The notes under the pieces were generated by a model. The model made no database searches, had not been told where the DNA came from, and saw only the letters and a list, made by a program, of their open reading frames with translations. A program made the position numbers and the translations under genes. Of a stretch of 64,000 nt of DNA, positions 1 through 14,302 are shown in pieces (the first letter of the stretch is position 1; every line of letters starts with the position of its first letter). The stretch lies in contig NC_088809.1 in NCBI RefSeq assembly GCF_011386835.1, forward strand, positions 7,998,001-8,062,000, in the 5' to 3' direction. The DNA comes from Chrysemys picta bellii. Taxonomy: Eukaryota.

Positions 1-22
1 TATATAAATGCAAGACCTTTTT
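1..22 (+). mobile_element. 3' tail of an AmnSINE1-like SINE, cut by the window edge
   Basis: TATATAAATGCAAG.CTTTTT matches the recalled AmnSINE1 3' terminus; very short match. Confidence 0.4.
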
Positions 23-2140
23 CTCTCTCTCCTTGTTCCCTTCCCTCTCATCCTCATTATTCATTCTCTCGAGTGCTCAGTGCAGAGATAAAGATTGTTA
101 CTGTCTTGCAAAGAGGATTTTTGTGCAAAGTGAACTGAAGTTTATCATAGTCATTTTGTGTGTTAACAACACTGCTTGGGGCCATTTCTAAATTGTTTCA
201 CTAGCTACTTTTGCCATTGCTTGGCTTATGGATGCGTGCGGTGTGTTCTGGCCCAATCGCCTAGGAAAGCGCATAGATGCCTTGAGAGCACTCCTGTGGC
301 CTTTCAGACAGGAAACCGCATATTTACTTATCTAGGTAATGCAATAAAAAAGGCTTTATAACTTGAGCTGCAACCTGATCTTTGAACTCACTCCATTGCT
401 TGACTTGGAACAAAAAAAAGGGGAAAAAAAGTGCCTCCCTCCCAAGGAAAAATGTTTCAGATCCAGTGCTGCAGATTGTAGCAAGTCAGGATTGGAACCT
501 CTTGGGATTCCTTCCCAGCCAGGTGAGTGCATGTCCTATAGAGGAGAGATTTACTGAGTCACAACTACATGTGAATTCAGGCGACACAAGGTCAGCTGGG
601 TAACTAATCCACTGGATTAGGAGACATCTTCCAAAAGGCCCAGTCAGTCCTTTGGAGTCCCATTCACTGCAAAGGCTGGCCCTGGAGTTTGGGAATGTTC
701 AGATCTGGGATTTTGGCTCAAGCTCATCTTGGTACAATCAAGACATGTGGCCTTTCCAGCTCTCAAATGGGGGCCATATTTACCCATTGATTTGCTTCAG
801 AGAGGCTGTCGCAGCCCTTTTCTTTGGTGTCAGTCCCTGCAGATCTACACCTCCTGGGCCTGAGTCCCTCTCATGCTTGTGTACATTGGGAGCAACTCCA
901 GTGAAATCGATGGCCTTCTACTAGGGCCTGATCCAAAACTCGTTGAAGCTAATGGAAAGACTCCCACTGACTTTAATGAGCCATTGGATATGGACTAGGC
1001 CCCAAGAAGAGAATCAGCCTGTATGAATTTTGGGTTCAAACACTCTTTCAAACTTAAAGCCAAACCCAGGTGGCACAGCCTAGTTTCAACGGGCTTCCTG
1101 TTCACCCCTTTCCAAATTTTGCCTGGTTTCCATTGCAAAACCATAGCTGGATCTCCCCAGATTGACTCAAAACTGGGCCCAGATTCTCCTGGAGGGATCA
1201 TTAATGTTCAACAAATCTAGGCTGAGTTTCAAGACTGGAACAAAACTTGAAACCAGGTGAGTTTTTATGAGGATACATTTCTTCCAATGAGTTTTGCACA
1301 GCTCTAAAAATAACCCTCACATTCACGCTGTGAATGCCCCACTTCTGCATACTAGTGCCACTAGGAACACACAGCTAACAATGCAGGCAGAGCCATTTTG
1401 AAGGCCATGAAGGAAAAGAGAATAACTCCTGATCTAAGATCTCAGGATCATCATCCACTGAAGGTGGCTTCTGCATCTTGCTCTTAGTTGGTCAGTTCTT
1501 GGTTCCAGCACCAGTGGTGGAGTTGTATGGGGCAGTTTTATTGCTTTACAAACCCCAGTGCCTATGTCACAAATCGTTGGCACATCATGATTTTTAAAAT
1601 ATAATAAAATTGCCAAGGGATTCAGCAGACACAATGGCACCATTAAGTAGAAGGAAATGGATCTGCACGGAAGCAGGAGAAAATTGGCAATGCTGGCATC
1701 TCCAGTACAGCCACAGGGAACCCCTCATTCAGTACAACACATGTAAGTGCATATAAAGATGTCCACTGCCAATTAATGAGGGATGAGTATGTCTCAAGTG
1801 CCTGCGCAAGGCCTTATATACCCCTTAAGGAACACTTGCAAGTTCTGCCCACTCATGACAATGAGGGTTGCATGAGTGTACGTGAGGGCAGCATTTGGTC
1901 CTTAAGTGATACACATGGTCTTGTGTATGGCCCATTCCACTGGAGTGCATTTTGCCTCTGGGCAGTATCCATTAGTTTACATTCGTATTTTCACATCTAG
2001 ATATCCTATTTTGGGGTGAACTACCCTCAAATGATTCTTCAAGCAAAAGACTTCAGTCAGCACCTGTAGAAAGATCCAATTATCTAGCCACATGTGCCAT
2101 TTCATTATCAGTTACGAGGTTTGGGTATTAAAGTCAATAA

Positions 2141-2262
2141 GGGCTTGTCTACAAAAGGGAAACTGACCACAATAGTTCCTGGGGAATAAGCTATGAGAGC
2201 ATCCACACAGGGTGCTATTTTTCAATAAATATTCAGGTCCACTTCCCAGTATAGACACGCCC
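2141..2262. mobile_element. PIF/Harbinger-type MITE
   Basis: TIR GGGCTTGTCTACA ... TATAGACACGCCC; left flank TAA, right flank AAT (no exact TSD). Confidence 0.6.
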
Positions 2263-4300
2263 CAATTCCCACCTTGTATCTGGTCCAATTACCGACAGGT
2301 ACAGTAGGTTTGGTAGAAGAGTCCCAGCCCTGTAACTAATCACAGAGCTGGATGGAAGAAGGTATGGACACGGACGCCCTTTTATATTCCATCTACTTAG
2401 TGAATTTAGAAGAAAACAAGCTCTGTGCTAAAACATGTAGATTGCCTTTCAAAGAGCCGATGTGTAGCTTGAATGTCCCTGGCCACTTCTTTGGCTATAA
2501 ATCATGCTGCATGTGATAAGGTAATTACCCTCTCCTTGAAACAATTCATAGAGAAAGCTATAAAAAGCCTGGCTTGTAAAGAGAACAATAAAGAGGCAGC
2601 ACAATAAAACCTCATTCAGGGCGGGGAGGGTACTACATTTCTGCTGGCCATTAAATGCCTCTTGTTTTTCCAGACCATGGGGCAAGGGGTGTGTGCGCGC
2701 ACCCTGGAACCTGGAGATGCTTTACAGAGGCCTTTGCCATCAACTCCCTGGGAGCTCCTACATTCCTTGCACAGGGACAATGTACCCGCTATAAAACAAA
2801 GAGACGGCGGAGGATAACACCACAACATCTTCTCTAGCGTCAACAATGGAGTGTCTGCAGCCAGGACAGCCTGGCCAGCCGCCCAGCATGGGGCTTGCTC
2901 TCAGGCCAGGCAGGGCCGATGGGCGTGTTCAGCCCATCACAATTCAGCAGTCTTGCCAATAAAGCTTCCATTTGCCACCCAGTTACACCACCGTAGCCTG
3001 CCCGCCCCTTGCAGGCCGATGCCTCCATGCTCAAAGGAGCTTCTTGGTTTTCCTTGTTCCCCTTCCCTGGCCTTCTGGCTGAGGGAAATGAGCTGTAGCT
3101 CTTTCCAGAGCCAGTCAGTGCTGGTAGCCTTGGCTGGATCATCCCGAGGGGGATTGCTAGAGTGTTTTATGAAGCAACCCTATGGGTTCCTCCCCAGCCC
3201 CTGCCAACATAGCATTTGCCTTCTTTTCCAGATAGAAACATTGTGGGGCATATCGTTTACAGGGGTGGTGGATTTCTTCACAGCCCATCTTAAAAAATGA
3301 GCACCTGTATGGCCATTAAAGATCCTATAGCCCTTTTTACAAGAGGAGGGGTTTGCCCTAGACCCCACTGATAAGAGAAAAACAGAGATTGCTAATGATG
3401 AGGATGACAGATTAGCCTCTCCTTTACCTGGCAGCCTGGGGACAGGTGGTTGATGTTACAGGCTCTCTCTTTACAGAAGGGAAGTGCATGATTGCTGTGG
3501 AGGCTCTGGGAGGGTTAGTCTGCCCTCTAGATTGCCTTGCAAACACATTCACTGTTGGAGATTATTAACCCCAACTAGAGGGCGGTTACAGGTTTGGCTC
3601 CTCCTCTGAGCTGCCTTTAAATTGGCCCCAGATTAAAAGCTGGATATAAAAGCATCCTTGTGGGTTTACCCAGGGGCTAATATAGTCTGAATGTCTCAAC
3701 AGGACTTTGTTAGTGGTTGAGTTGAACCTTGGGAGGCTTCACAATAACTCGGTAAGTAGAGAGCTGATGAAAACAGCTTCCAGGAGACCTCTAGGCAACT
3801 TGGAACACCAGTAATTGACTCAATTTGTCTGGCTCTTCTGACATGTTTGGGCCTCTCTGCACAAAGTGATGATGCCTTGAACCAAGTATTTTCTGTCTCA
3901 GGCTTGGCATGAGACCCAGCACATCTACACCAACATAGCTGTAGATGGGTGTAGGTGAGTAGTGCTGTATGCATATAAGCAAGGAGCTGTGTGTGAAGGG
4001 AACCCTGTGCTGCATCGGCGTCCTCGCTAGTAACTGGCTTTGAGCTCATTTAGGATAAAAGACACTATCATGTGGTTTGCTGGTGCTCGGATTCAGGCCC
4101 TACGCTGACATCTTCTGTTTAGAAAGATAGGCTCACCCCAGTCAAACTTCTTTAGGCTCTACATCAAAATACAAGATCTTTTCAAATCTACATTATTTGT
4201 TTTAAAGCCCTCAGCTGCAAGTGCTCCTACTGTTAGGGACATTCAGATATGCAAGCCAGCTCTTTGGCTCGAGCCAAGCTCTGATGTATTGGGAATAGCT

Positions 4301-4480
4301 TGGTGTCCCTAAACTCTGTTTGTCAGAGGATGGAGATGGATGGCAGGAGAGAGATCACTTGATCATTACCTGTTAGGTTCACTCCCTCTGGGGCACCTGG
4401 CATTGGCCACTGTCGGTAGACAGGATACTGGGCTGGATGGACCTTTGGTCTGACCCAGTATGGCCATTCTTATGTTATGT
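4301..4480 (+). mobile_element. CR1 LINE 3' end (5'-truncated)
   Basis: ...GGATACTGGGCTGGATGGACCTTTGGTCTGACCCAGTATGGCCATTCTTATGTT tail. Confidence 0.85.
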
Positions 4481-5469
4481 TAGGTCCATGTAAAATGACC
4501 CACAGAGGGAACTGGCATGTGGCTATAGGCAGAGTATCTTCTACTTTATAATGTGTCCCCACAATGCTTCTTAATAATAAGGGGTTCTTTCTGCCTTGCA
4601 CCGTAGGTTCTCCTGTCCTGGCCCATCACTATGTATCATTCTGTGTCGGAAAATTCAGCGGCACACAGGCTTTTCTAGTATAATCAGGAAGAGAGATGCA
4701 AGTTTAATTCCTTTCCAAAGAAAACAGAAAAGCCCTACCCTGGACTTAATACACTACCCCCCTGTGCTGACCCACCCTCTTCTGTTCCCATAATAAAGGC
4801 ATAAGCCAGCATCAGATTTGGAGGTACACATTCTCAGGACTTTGCATGACATTTGGCAAATCCCTGCTGAGGAAAGTGTTGAACAAACCAATTTGCTTTA
4901 ATCAATAGGTAATAAGTCAGCTTCCTCATTAAAAGGATGGCTGATAAGGGGAAAGACAGCTTACACCAGCTCTACCGAAGGTGGTATTTTAGAAAAGCTA
5001 CCTTGAGTAATCTTTCAAAGATAAAAATATTCTTATCGTCCCTGTTGAGGAAAATTAGCAGATCCATAACCACAGGTTGATGTGTGTACTGTGGAAATAG
5101 ATAAAGCGAGATATGCTGAACATAAAAACACTGCAGCCAGGTTTTCTGCCATAGTGGCATCTGCTGCACTGACACGGATGATTAGCTAAGGATTGCAAAT
5201 GTTCTTTTAAATTTGTTACTCTCATCTTTCACCCTGGCTTGCTTGCTCGGCTCAGCCACCTGTGATGTCTCGTCTTTTAGGCCTTGCGTGTGCTGGTGGC
5301 AGTGCATAGGGTAGGGGTAGCTACACGCCGCAGTGAAAAGCAAGCTGCATCCACACGGCAGTGCGTAGCTACACATGGCAGTGAAAGGCTCTGGTGGTGG
5401 GGAGGAAGGGGGGAAAGGCTCTGGCAGCTGCCCACCCTCTGCTAGAGTCTTTCCCTGCAGTGGGAATAC

Positions 5470-6058
5470 TGGCATTAGAAAAGGTTCAGAGAAGGGCAAC
5501 TAAAATGATTAGGGGTTTGGAATGGGTCCCATATGAGGAAAGATTAAAGAGGCTAGGACTTTTCAGCCTCGAAAAGAGGAGACTAAGGGGGGATATGATA
5601 AGAGGTATATAAAATCATGAGTGGTGTGGAGAAAGTGAATAAGGAAAAGTTATTTACTTGTTCCCATAACATAAGAACTAGGGGCCACCAAATGAAATTA
5701 ATGGGCAGCAGGTTTAAAACAAATAAAAGGAAGTTCTTCTTCACACAGCGCACAGTCAACCTGTGGAACTCTTTGCCTGAGGAGATTGTGAAGGCTAGGA
5801 CTATAACAGGGTTTAGGAGAACTAGATAAATTCATGGAGGTTAAGTCCATTAATGGCTATTAGCCAGGATGGGTAAGGAATAGTGTCCCTAGCCTCTGTT
5901 TGTCAGAGGGTGGAGATGGACGGCAGGAGAGAGATCACTTGATTATTACCTGTTAGGTTCACACCCTCTGGGGCACCTGGCATTGGTCACTGTCGGTAGA
6001 CAGGATACTGGGCTGGATGGACCTTTGGTCTGACCCAGTATGGCCGTTCTTATGTTAT
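5470..6058 (+). mobile_element. CR1 LINE 3' fragment (ORF2 C-terminus plus 3' UTR)
   Basis: [16 protein letters not shown]...[14 protein letters not shown] and [16 protein letters not shown] are typical CR1 ORF2 C-terminal motifs. Confidence 0.93.
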
Positions 6059-8479
6059 GAGGAGGGAGCAGGACACTAGATGTGGAAAGTAGAGCTTGGG
6101 CATGTAGAGAGCTGTGTAGGGTGTGTACTCTAAAGATCACACATGTCCTTACCCTACTTGCCTAACCAGTACCTCCCCGTCTACCTTGCCATTTATAGCC
6201 ATGCTAGGTGAGCGTGCAGCATCTGTACTCAACCTGCCCACTCAAAGTGTGTACCTAGCCTGGGCAAGGGCCAGATTTGTATAGATATGTATTCCCCTAA
6301 AGATGCAATTAGCCCCATGCTTTAAAAATGCCAGTAGGCACCCAACTGCACTTTTAGGTGCCTAACTACCTTTGAAAATCTGGCCTGAAGCTCTAGGAGG
6401 GAGGGGCTGTCATGTATTGTAGGTTTGTGAACCCATTCTGTGCAGTGGAGTGGTAAAGAAATAATGCTTCCAAAGGTTGTGGGTGATACAGCAAGGAAGA
6501 AAAATAAACAGCCGTGGGCACATTCCAGAGGGGTCTCCTTGTTCAGTTTTCAGGGAGCTGAATAGAAATATGCAGCTTTCCATTAATGTTCCTCTGGGAT
6601 TTGTTTTTACAAACCTTAAAGGGAACTGAAGCCCTGGCTCGTCGCCTTATTTTACAAACAGGAGACAGGCCGAAAGGGGCCACGCTTTTCTAGATTGCAA
6701 CTCATGTAGCTTCTTAGCAATAAAGTAACAGCTCCTTGTCTAAAGGAATCTATTCATGGGCTTTTAAGTCAACTGTGGATATTCCCTCAGGTCTGAAACT
6801 TGGCATGCAATTTTGGCCGTTCTACCTCTCACTGGGTGTTTAAGCACTGGTCACTCTTGAACCATCAGAACAACCCATGGCTCCACCTATTTTTCCACCT
6901 GCATCACTGCTAAAATATGGGGGAGCAGGGACAAGTCAAGGGAAAGATCCTTGGAGCGGGGATCACATCTTATTCTATGCTCTGTACAGGCCCTACCGCA
7001 CACTCTGCACTCAAACAATGAGAAACCTCTACTGTGGGTTGAGTGGCTTTGGCCACATGCAAGTACTTGGGATGTGCACCTCAAGTTATCTGTACAGAAA
7101 CAAGGGGTTGAGCCTCTGTGGGTCCGCCTGTAACCCTATCACTAATTAAATAGTTGACATGTTTGTGCAGCTGTTTGGGGTTTTTTTTAAGCCAATGGCT
7201 CCTTTGAAATACGATCTTTGATTAAACACCAGTGTAAAGTTAAAAAAAAAAAAAAAAAAAAAAAGAGGGACTAATTTCAAGTTATGTTCTGTGTCTCCAT
7301 CTTCTGCCCACAAGCAGGCCACTTTGTACATTTCAACCCACACATTATATGCATTGCATTGTCAGCTTTGAAACTTTACCAAATCCTGGGTGTGCCTCAG
7401 TACTGTCCCCTTCTGTCCAATCACAGTTTTATAAACAAACGAGGAGAGAGAACAGGTTTGTTTCTACAAGCGATCTGAGAAACTGCAGGTTAGTTTCCGA
7501 GGCTTGCAGCTCAAAGCTCAGAGGAAAACTATGAAGACAGCAAGAATTAATAAAGTTTCATGCGTCTCCCTTCTCAGCAGGGATAAACTAGAAAGTAGGC
7601 TGACAAACAAGCTCCGTTGCATTAACACTAAAGCCCTTTACACCTCTCGGGTAGCGTAAGAGGTTTAAGGTGGCTGGAAGTACAGCATCGGATTGTGATT
7701 TCCATAAAAGATCCTGGTTGCAGCTCTCAAAAACAAGGCTGATGGTTATGCTTGACAGCAATCATTTTTGGGCTGCAGCAGCGCAGTTTAACATACCCTT
7801 CCCCAGACAAAGCTGCTGAGTGTATCAAGGCTTTTTAGCCAGCCTCGGATGTAAACCAGCCACTGCTGTGTTTGTTTCTGCTGCGGCAGAGTCAGAGGGA
7901 GACAGTTCAGGGATGGGTAGGAATTGCAAATAAAATGAGCATTTCAAATATGCCGAGGGGACCTGGAGATCCAGTCCCGTTCATTTGCACAGGAACTGGG
8001 CATTCAAATTGCTTAAGGCAACTTTGAAAACTGCAGACGTAGACTCTAGGAGGGAAAAATGTTTTCAAGGGTGTAACGAGGACAGAACGTATAAATAAAT
8101 GTACAAAAGCTGTATCTGAATGAGCTTCTGTAACAGACTTAAGACAGGGCATCTCGGTTCTTTTTGTTAATTTAGGCCCAGTCCTGCAACGACCACTACA
8201 TAGACAGACTCCTGTGGCCACATGGAGCTCATGGTAGGATAGGGGTCTTAGGTCTTGAAATATCTAACATGCCTGCTTACCCCATGGTACCATGGCATAG
8301 GTAAACGTGTAAGCCCAAAGCTGTTTGGGAGCTGTAAAAAGTTAGGTATTTGGTACTCTGAAGTGGGAAAGGGAGGAATTATTTTGGGGAAGTTTTATGG
8401 CCTGTATAATACAGGAGCTCAGAGTCCCATCACTGTCCGTTGGAGATATTTGCTACTAGCAGTCGCAGATTGGTTACAT

Positions 8480-8882
8480 ACCATTATAGGCAGTCTCATC
8501 ATACCATCCCCTCCATAAATTTATCAAGCTCAATCTTGAAACAAGTTAGGTTTTTCCCTCACTGCTTCCCTTGGAAGGCTGTTCCAGAACTTTACTCCTC
8601 TGATGGTTAGAAAGCTTCATCTAATTTCAAGCCTAAACTTGTTGGTGGCTAGTTTATATCCATTTGTTCTTGTGTCCACATTGGCATTTAACTTAAATAA
8701 TTCCTCTCCCTCTCTGCTATTTATCCCTTGGATATATTTATAGAGAGCAATATCTCCCCTCAGACTTCTTTTGGTTAGGCTAAACAAGCCAAGCTCTTTG
8801 AGTCTCCTCTCAAAAGGTAGGTTTTCCATTCCTCAGATCATCCTAGTAGTCCTTCTCTGCACCTGTTCCAGTTTGAATTCAT
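8480..8882 (-). mobile_element. CR1 LINE fragment
   Basis: RLKELGLFSLTKRSLRGD...TRTNGYKL...KFRLEIR on the minus strand. Confidence 0.88.
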
Positions 8883-9792
8883 TGTGAAGATGAATGTACA
8901 GAAAATATGAGGAGTTATGTGTATATATACTAAAAACTATGTTCTCTAGTCTGTAGTTAAAAAGCAGATCATTCAAATGTATCTTGTGTCAAACAAACTT
9001 CTCCAGCCAGGAACTGGAAGACACTTATCTATATGGTGAAACATTGTGTGTTGTATATTATAGAATAGGAATCTATTCGCATATTAAGTTAAATGTTAAT
9101 GAAGAGCTGGCAGAGACTTCAGAAGGAAATTAACAGGAAGAGGTAAACGGGTGGGACGGACCCTATTTTCAGGTGAGCGTCAAAGATTTGTTCTGGTATA
9201 TTTGGGGGTGCAGAGACTCTTCTTTGTATGCCTTCAATCTGTGAGGACAAGCCACCCGCAGGTTGATCTTATGAGAAGGGATCTCAGCAAAACTGGCTGA
9301 AAACACTGGGGAAAGGGACGTGGGGTAAGCAATCTTATAGAGAGACAGAGGAATGCCTTGTTAGTTAAGTTTAGGCTCCAGAAATCATGTTATGATTTTG
9401 TTTTATATGGAGCCATTTGTTTCCAATAGTCTCACTATCACTTGAATATCTGGTCTTTGAAAATAAACTTATTCTTCTTTTCACTATATGTGTGGTGCGT
9501 TAAGTAATGTGATGATCCTGAGTTGAATCTTACAAGCTAGAGTATATACTACTCCTTTGGGAACCATGGTTCTAAGAGTTCCTGAGTGCCCAGTGGAACA
9601 TGGGTTGATGTATGCCTATTGCTAACCTGTACAGGGAGCGAGGCCTGTGAGACAGTGCTTATGTTGCCAGAAGCTCATGGTTTCAGGAAGTTGATCCACA
9701 ACAGGCACAAACAAGACTTCCTCACGCGAAGGGCAGGTGGAGGCCAGGTGCCACACAACCCTGGGTACCCCTCTGCCCTCGGAAGTGTCACG
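8883..9792 (+). mobile_element. Solo LTR-like element
   Basis: Starts TGTGAAGA; AATAAA at ~9461; ends ...GGAAGTGTCAC like turtle LTR termini. Confidence 0.55.
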
Positions 9793-9926
9793 CACAGCTG
9801 TGCCTATCTAAAACACAGATCGGTCAATGGGGAAGTTAATCCGTGCAGCAGTCCTGCTGCATGCTATCAATTGCAAGGTTGGAGCCCTGTACCTGTAAAC
9901 ATATTCCATAATAAAAGTAACAAATA

Positions 9927-10111
9927 ATAGAATCACAGAATATCAGGATTGGAAGGGACCTCAGGAGGTCATCTAGTCCAAGCCCCTGCTCAAAGCAGGA
10001 CCAATCCCCAGACAGATTTTTACCCTAGTTCCCTAAATGGCCCCCTGAAGGATTGAACTCACAATCCTGAGTTTAGCAGGCCAATGCTCAAACCACTGAG
10101 CTATCCCTCCC
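9927..10111 (-). mobile_element. Tortoise Pol III/SINE (tRNA-derived head, CR1 3' tail)
   Basis: GGGAGGGATAGCTCAGTGG (A box)...GAGTTCAATCC (B box)...GGACTAGATGACCTCCTGAGGTCCCTTCCAATCCTGATATTCTGTGATTCTAT. Confidence 0.9.
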
Positions 10112-10569
10112 TCCCTCAATAATTTATACTCAAGAGGTGACATGTCCAGCTAAATCACAAAATAGGAACAAAATCTGGAAGACAGAGCCACGTAGTGCTT
10201 AAGCACTATATGCAGAGATCAAATGAACAAACTATGCCTGGGATTTTCAATACGGCCTAAGGGAGTTAGACTCCCAAATCCTCTATGCCAAAATTTCAGC
10301 CCATATGCTATGAACATGGTTACCCTCAAGAAACCAGCTGCAGCTCTTGGGCTGGTAGGATAGCATCTTGGTTGCTGTACTGTATGATCAGACTTGGGAC
10401 TATGAGTCCAAGACTCGGGTAGGAGTTTATTTTTGAGAAGAGGGGAAGTCAATGGCCCTGCACCAGTGAAGCAGCCCTCCTGTGTGGGAGTGGGGCTAGA
10501 GTAGATATAAAGTGTGTGTGAATTGATTTACATCAAGCTGTTATTCAAGTATTCCAACTGATATTTGAG

Positions 10570-10575
10570 TTTATT
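10570..10575 (-). terminator. Candidate HEATR6 polyadenylation signal AATAAA
   Basis: First canonical hexamer I found on the minus strand, ~515 nt after the stop; an alternative ATTAAA lies at 10978-10983. Confidence 0.4.
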
Positions 10576-11090
10576 GTACTAGTGCAATAAATGTGACAAA
10601 TGTGTCATGCTGAGAAGAGTATACCAACTCTCCATATTTATGATCAATCTGATTTCCAGAAAAGCTAAGGCAGAAAATACCAATTCTGCCCGTGTCCTTT
10701 GTGGGCAAGCTTTTGAAGATAGCAGCCAACCGTGATAAAAGGCTTTGGAAACGAGCTCATAAAAAGGCTCTGTTCTTATAAAATATACAAAGAATAAAAA
10801 GACATTTGTTTTCAGAGTGATAACTCGGTATCAGCTCATTCACCAGCCAAACCAAATGGAGACAATTTACAATGAACTAAATAGTAGGAAAGTAAATGAG
10901 ATTAAATGTTTTTTCTCAGCATTGTAGAACTTTTTCTCAAGAGTTTCAACTGATTCAAATAAGTCTGAAATAAATGTTTTAATGTTGCTAATAGGAAACC
11001 TCTCTCCTGGACATCTTGCATACATGGAAGTGGTGTACTTCCCTCTGCATATAATCAGAAGGCACAATTTACAGCAATGGAGTTCTCTTC

Positions 11091-11641
11091 CTAAGCCTCC
11101 GTCAATTCAGTGGAGTTGATGTGGTTTGTCAAGATATCTTCTAGATAAGCAGCTACTAATACTTTAGCTTTGCCTTCTGACAGTTCCTCAATACCACAAA
11201 TGTGCTCAATAGCTCTTTTCAACAATCGGTCTCTTTCATGGGAGTTTGTGTGTATTCCTGCTTCATCTTCTTCAACCCCCGATTTCATATATTGCAAGAC
11301 ATAGGATCTGATCACATCCCCATTTTCTGCTATAGTTTTCCTAATGAATGGCAGGTCTGTACTGTTTGCCAAGCTTAACAAATGAATCAGAGCCTGGCAG
11401 ATCTGCGTTCTCAGGCTGGCACTGTATTTGAACTCCAAAAAGTCCTCGGTATCTTCACTCTTTTGCAAAGCTATAACCAACGCACTCCAGATCTGGGAAA
11501 ACTGTTCAGTGGTTCCGTAGCGCTCCCTTTGGGTAGGGATGGAGAGGGCCATGGCAGATTTGATTCGGACTTTGAAATTCTTGCATGATTTCACCACTGA
11601 TGTAAGAGCATTATAGGCTTGTGCAGTCCAAGGAGCTTCTC
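11091..11641 (-). CDS. HEATR6: HEATR6 exon 20 (terminal coding exon, TAG stop)
   Basis: (G)[35 protein letters not shown]...[10 protein letters not shown]; summed CDS 3537 nt = 1178 aa, close to the ~1180 aa mammalian protein. Confidence 0.95.
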
Positions 11642-12375
11642 CTAGGAAGCGCACAAGTTTGCAGTCAATAAAAAATACAAAATCAATGTTACAAAAGCAG
11701 CTGGTCACAAAGATTTATTACACTGATCAACCTTGTCTTCATTTGAAGATTCAGGATTTCTGCCATAAACAGAAAATTATCAACTGTGTTTTGATTTATT
11801 GAAATAAAAAATATTCTAGCCTTTTCCTTTATATCTGAAAAGAATATACTCAAGTGACATGACATTTAGACTCCACTTGTGTAGCTTATATAACAATTCT
11901 TCCAGATAATCAGAATGATACTTTTTGGAAACCCAGTGATTGAGTAGATGCCATTTATTACAAGGCAGAGGCCTTAAATTTATTTTGTTTTGGTTTCACT
12001 GATGAAATTTATTAGCGAGTCCAATATTTTTACATTATCCTGAGTCACTAATCCTCATATCTAGTACCTGCTATTGCCCTGATCCTTCAAACATGCACGT
12101 ACTTTACTACCATGAGTAGCCATATTAAAATCAATGTAGTCAAGTTAAGCATGTACGTAAGTGTTCGCAGGAATGAGGTCTATTTAATATCAAATGTACA
12201 TTCTGGGCCAGATTCTGCCCTTGGTTTCGAGAGAAACATTCTTTTTTTAATTCCAAACACATACATATGCCAGATCAATTCTTAGTAAAAACACAACCTT
12301 AAGATTCTTTTTTTGCACAGCTCATTGTGCGTTTCCAAAAAGGTCAGTGAAAACTTTTTAAAAAGGAAGATTTTA

Positions 12376-12612
<237 letters not shown>

Positions 12613-13107
12613 TCAGTTTATAAACATGCATCTGGCAAGGCCTCTCGGTGCATATACAAAAGTAATTAAATGCATATAGTGCTGAAACAAAGTAATTTCA
12701 GTTATTTTAAAAAAAAAAAAAAACACTTCTCAGACCCTGTCAAAAAAACAACCCCTCAAACTGCCTCTTCAAAACGTTCCTGGGAAAATAAGACAGGCTT
12801 TACAAAACACCTGGAACTCCAACCAACTTAGGCTGTGTCCAACTGACAAGAAAAAGCGACACTTTGCACTTCACTCGTTGTAAACACCTAGATGCCAGCA
12901 GTCCACATCTCCAGAGGAGACAGCATTATTTTATTCTACACTACTCTAATGGTGGATATGGATTATGGTGATGCCAGTCGGTGGAGTCTCAACATATTTT
13001 GCAGTACAGCACATAGGAGGTGTTTATATGCAAGTACTACCATCAACTTCCCCGGTTACGCCAGACTTATGGATTACTCAAATAAAACACGTTGTAATAA
13101 AAAGTCA

Positions 13108-13485
<378 letters not shown>

Positions 13486-13569
13486 TTACACCTAATTTAA
13501 AATGTAAACCATCATTGCAGGAAAGCCTGCTGGTAGCGCAATAAGACTAATGAAATGCAGACGTTCATA

Positions 13570-14108
13570 AATTGCTATCTGAGAGACAGAAAACAGCATA
13601 GGAATCAATGGTAAATTTTCAATATGGCAAAAAGTTAATAGCAGGCTTGTCCATCCTTCTGTACTAAGACTGGGGTTGATTAATAAATATATTCACTATC
13701 CTATTTACCCTTTCATGTAACACAAGAACAAAGGGATATTCAATGAAATCAAAATGTAACAAATATAAAAAGGATAAAAGGAAATCTCTTTCTTATGCAG
13801 TACGTAACCCGTGGAAGATATGAAACTAAGAGTTTGATGGAATTCAAAAATGGATTAGATCTGGATAATGAAAACATCCACAAGTTACAGACGGTAGGAA
13901 TACAAATCCTCACGCTTTGAGGCATAAGGCAAACTCTAATTAAGAGTGGCTAGGAAGAAGCTTCTGGTACAGGCACATTAATCCATAATGTGTCCTCTAC
14001 AAGGGTTCTTGCACCTTTCTCCAATATTTATGGTAGTGAACATGGTCAAATACAGGATATTGATCTATTTGGACCATTGGTCTGCCCAGGTATGGCAATT
14101 CATATATT
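13570..14108 (+). mobile_element. Degraded CR1 LINE in intron 17
   Basis: ACAAGAACAAAGGGATATTCAATGAAAT... and GGACCATTGGTCTGCCCAGGTATGGCAATTC 3'-end motifs. Confidence 0.7.
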
Positions 14109-14176
14109 ACTGGGGGACTAATAATCAAGAGCTCAAGCCATTTATAAAGTTTTATTAGCCAAAATGTTGCTACCTA

Positions 14177-14302
<126 letters not shown>

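Noticed and set aside
2655-2837. RGVCAHPGTW resembling CC-chemokine exon 3 (VCAxP..W)
   Set aside because: Splice phase and spacing are wrong, and I found no CC-bearing exon 2 or signal-peptide exon.
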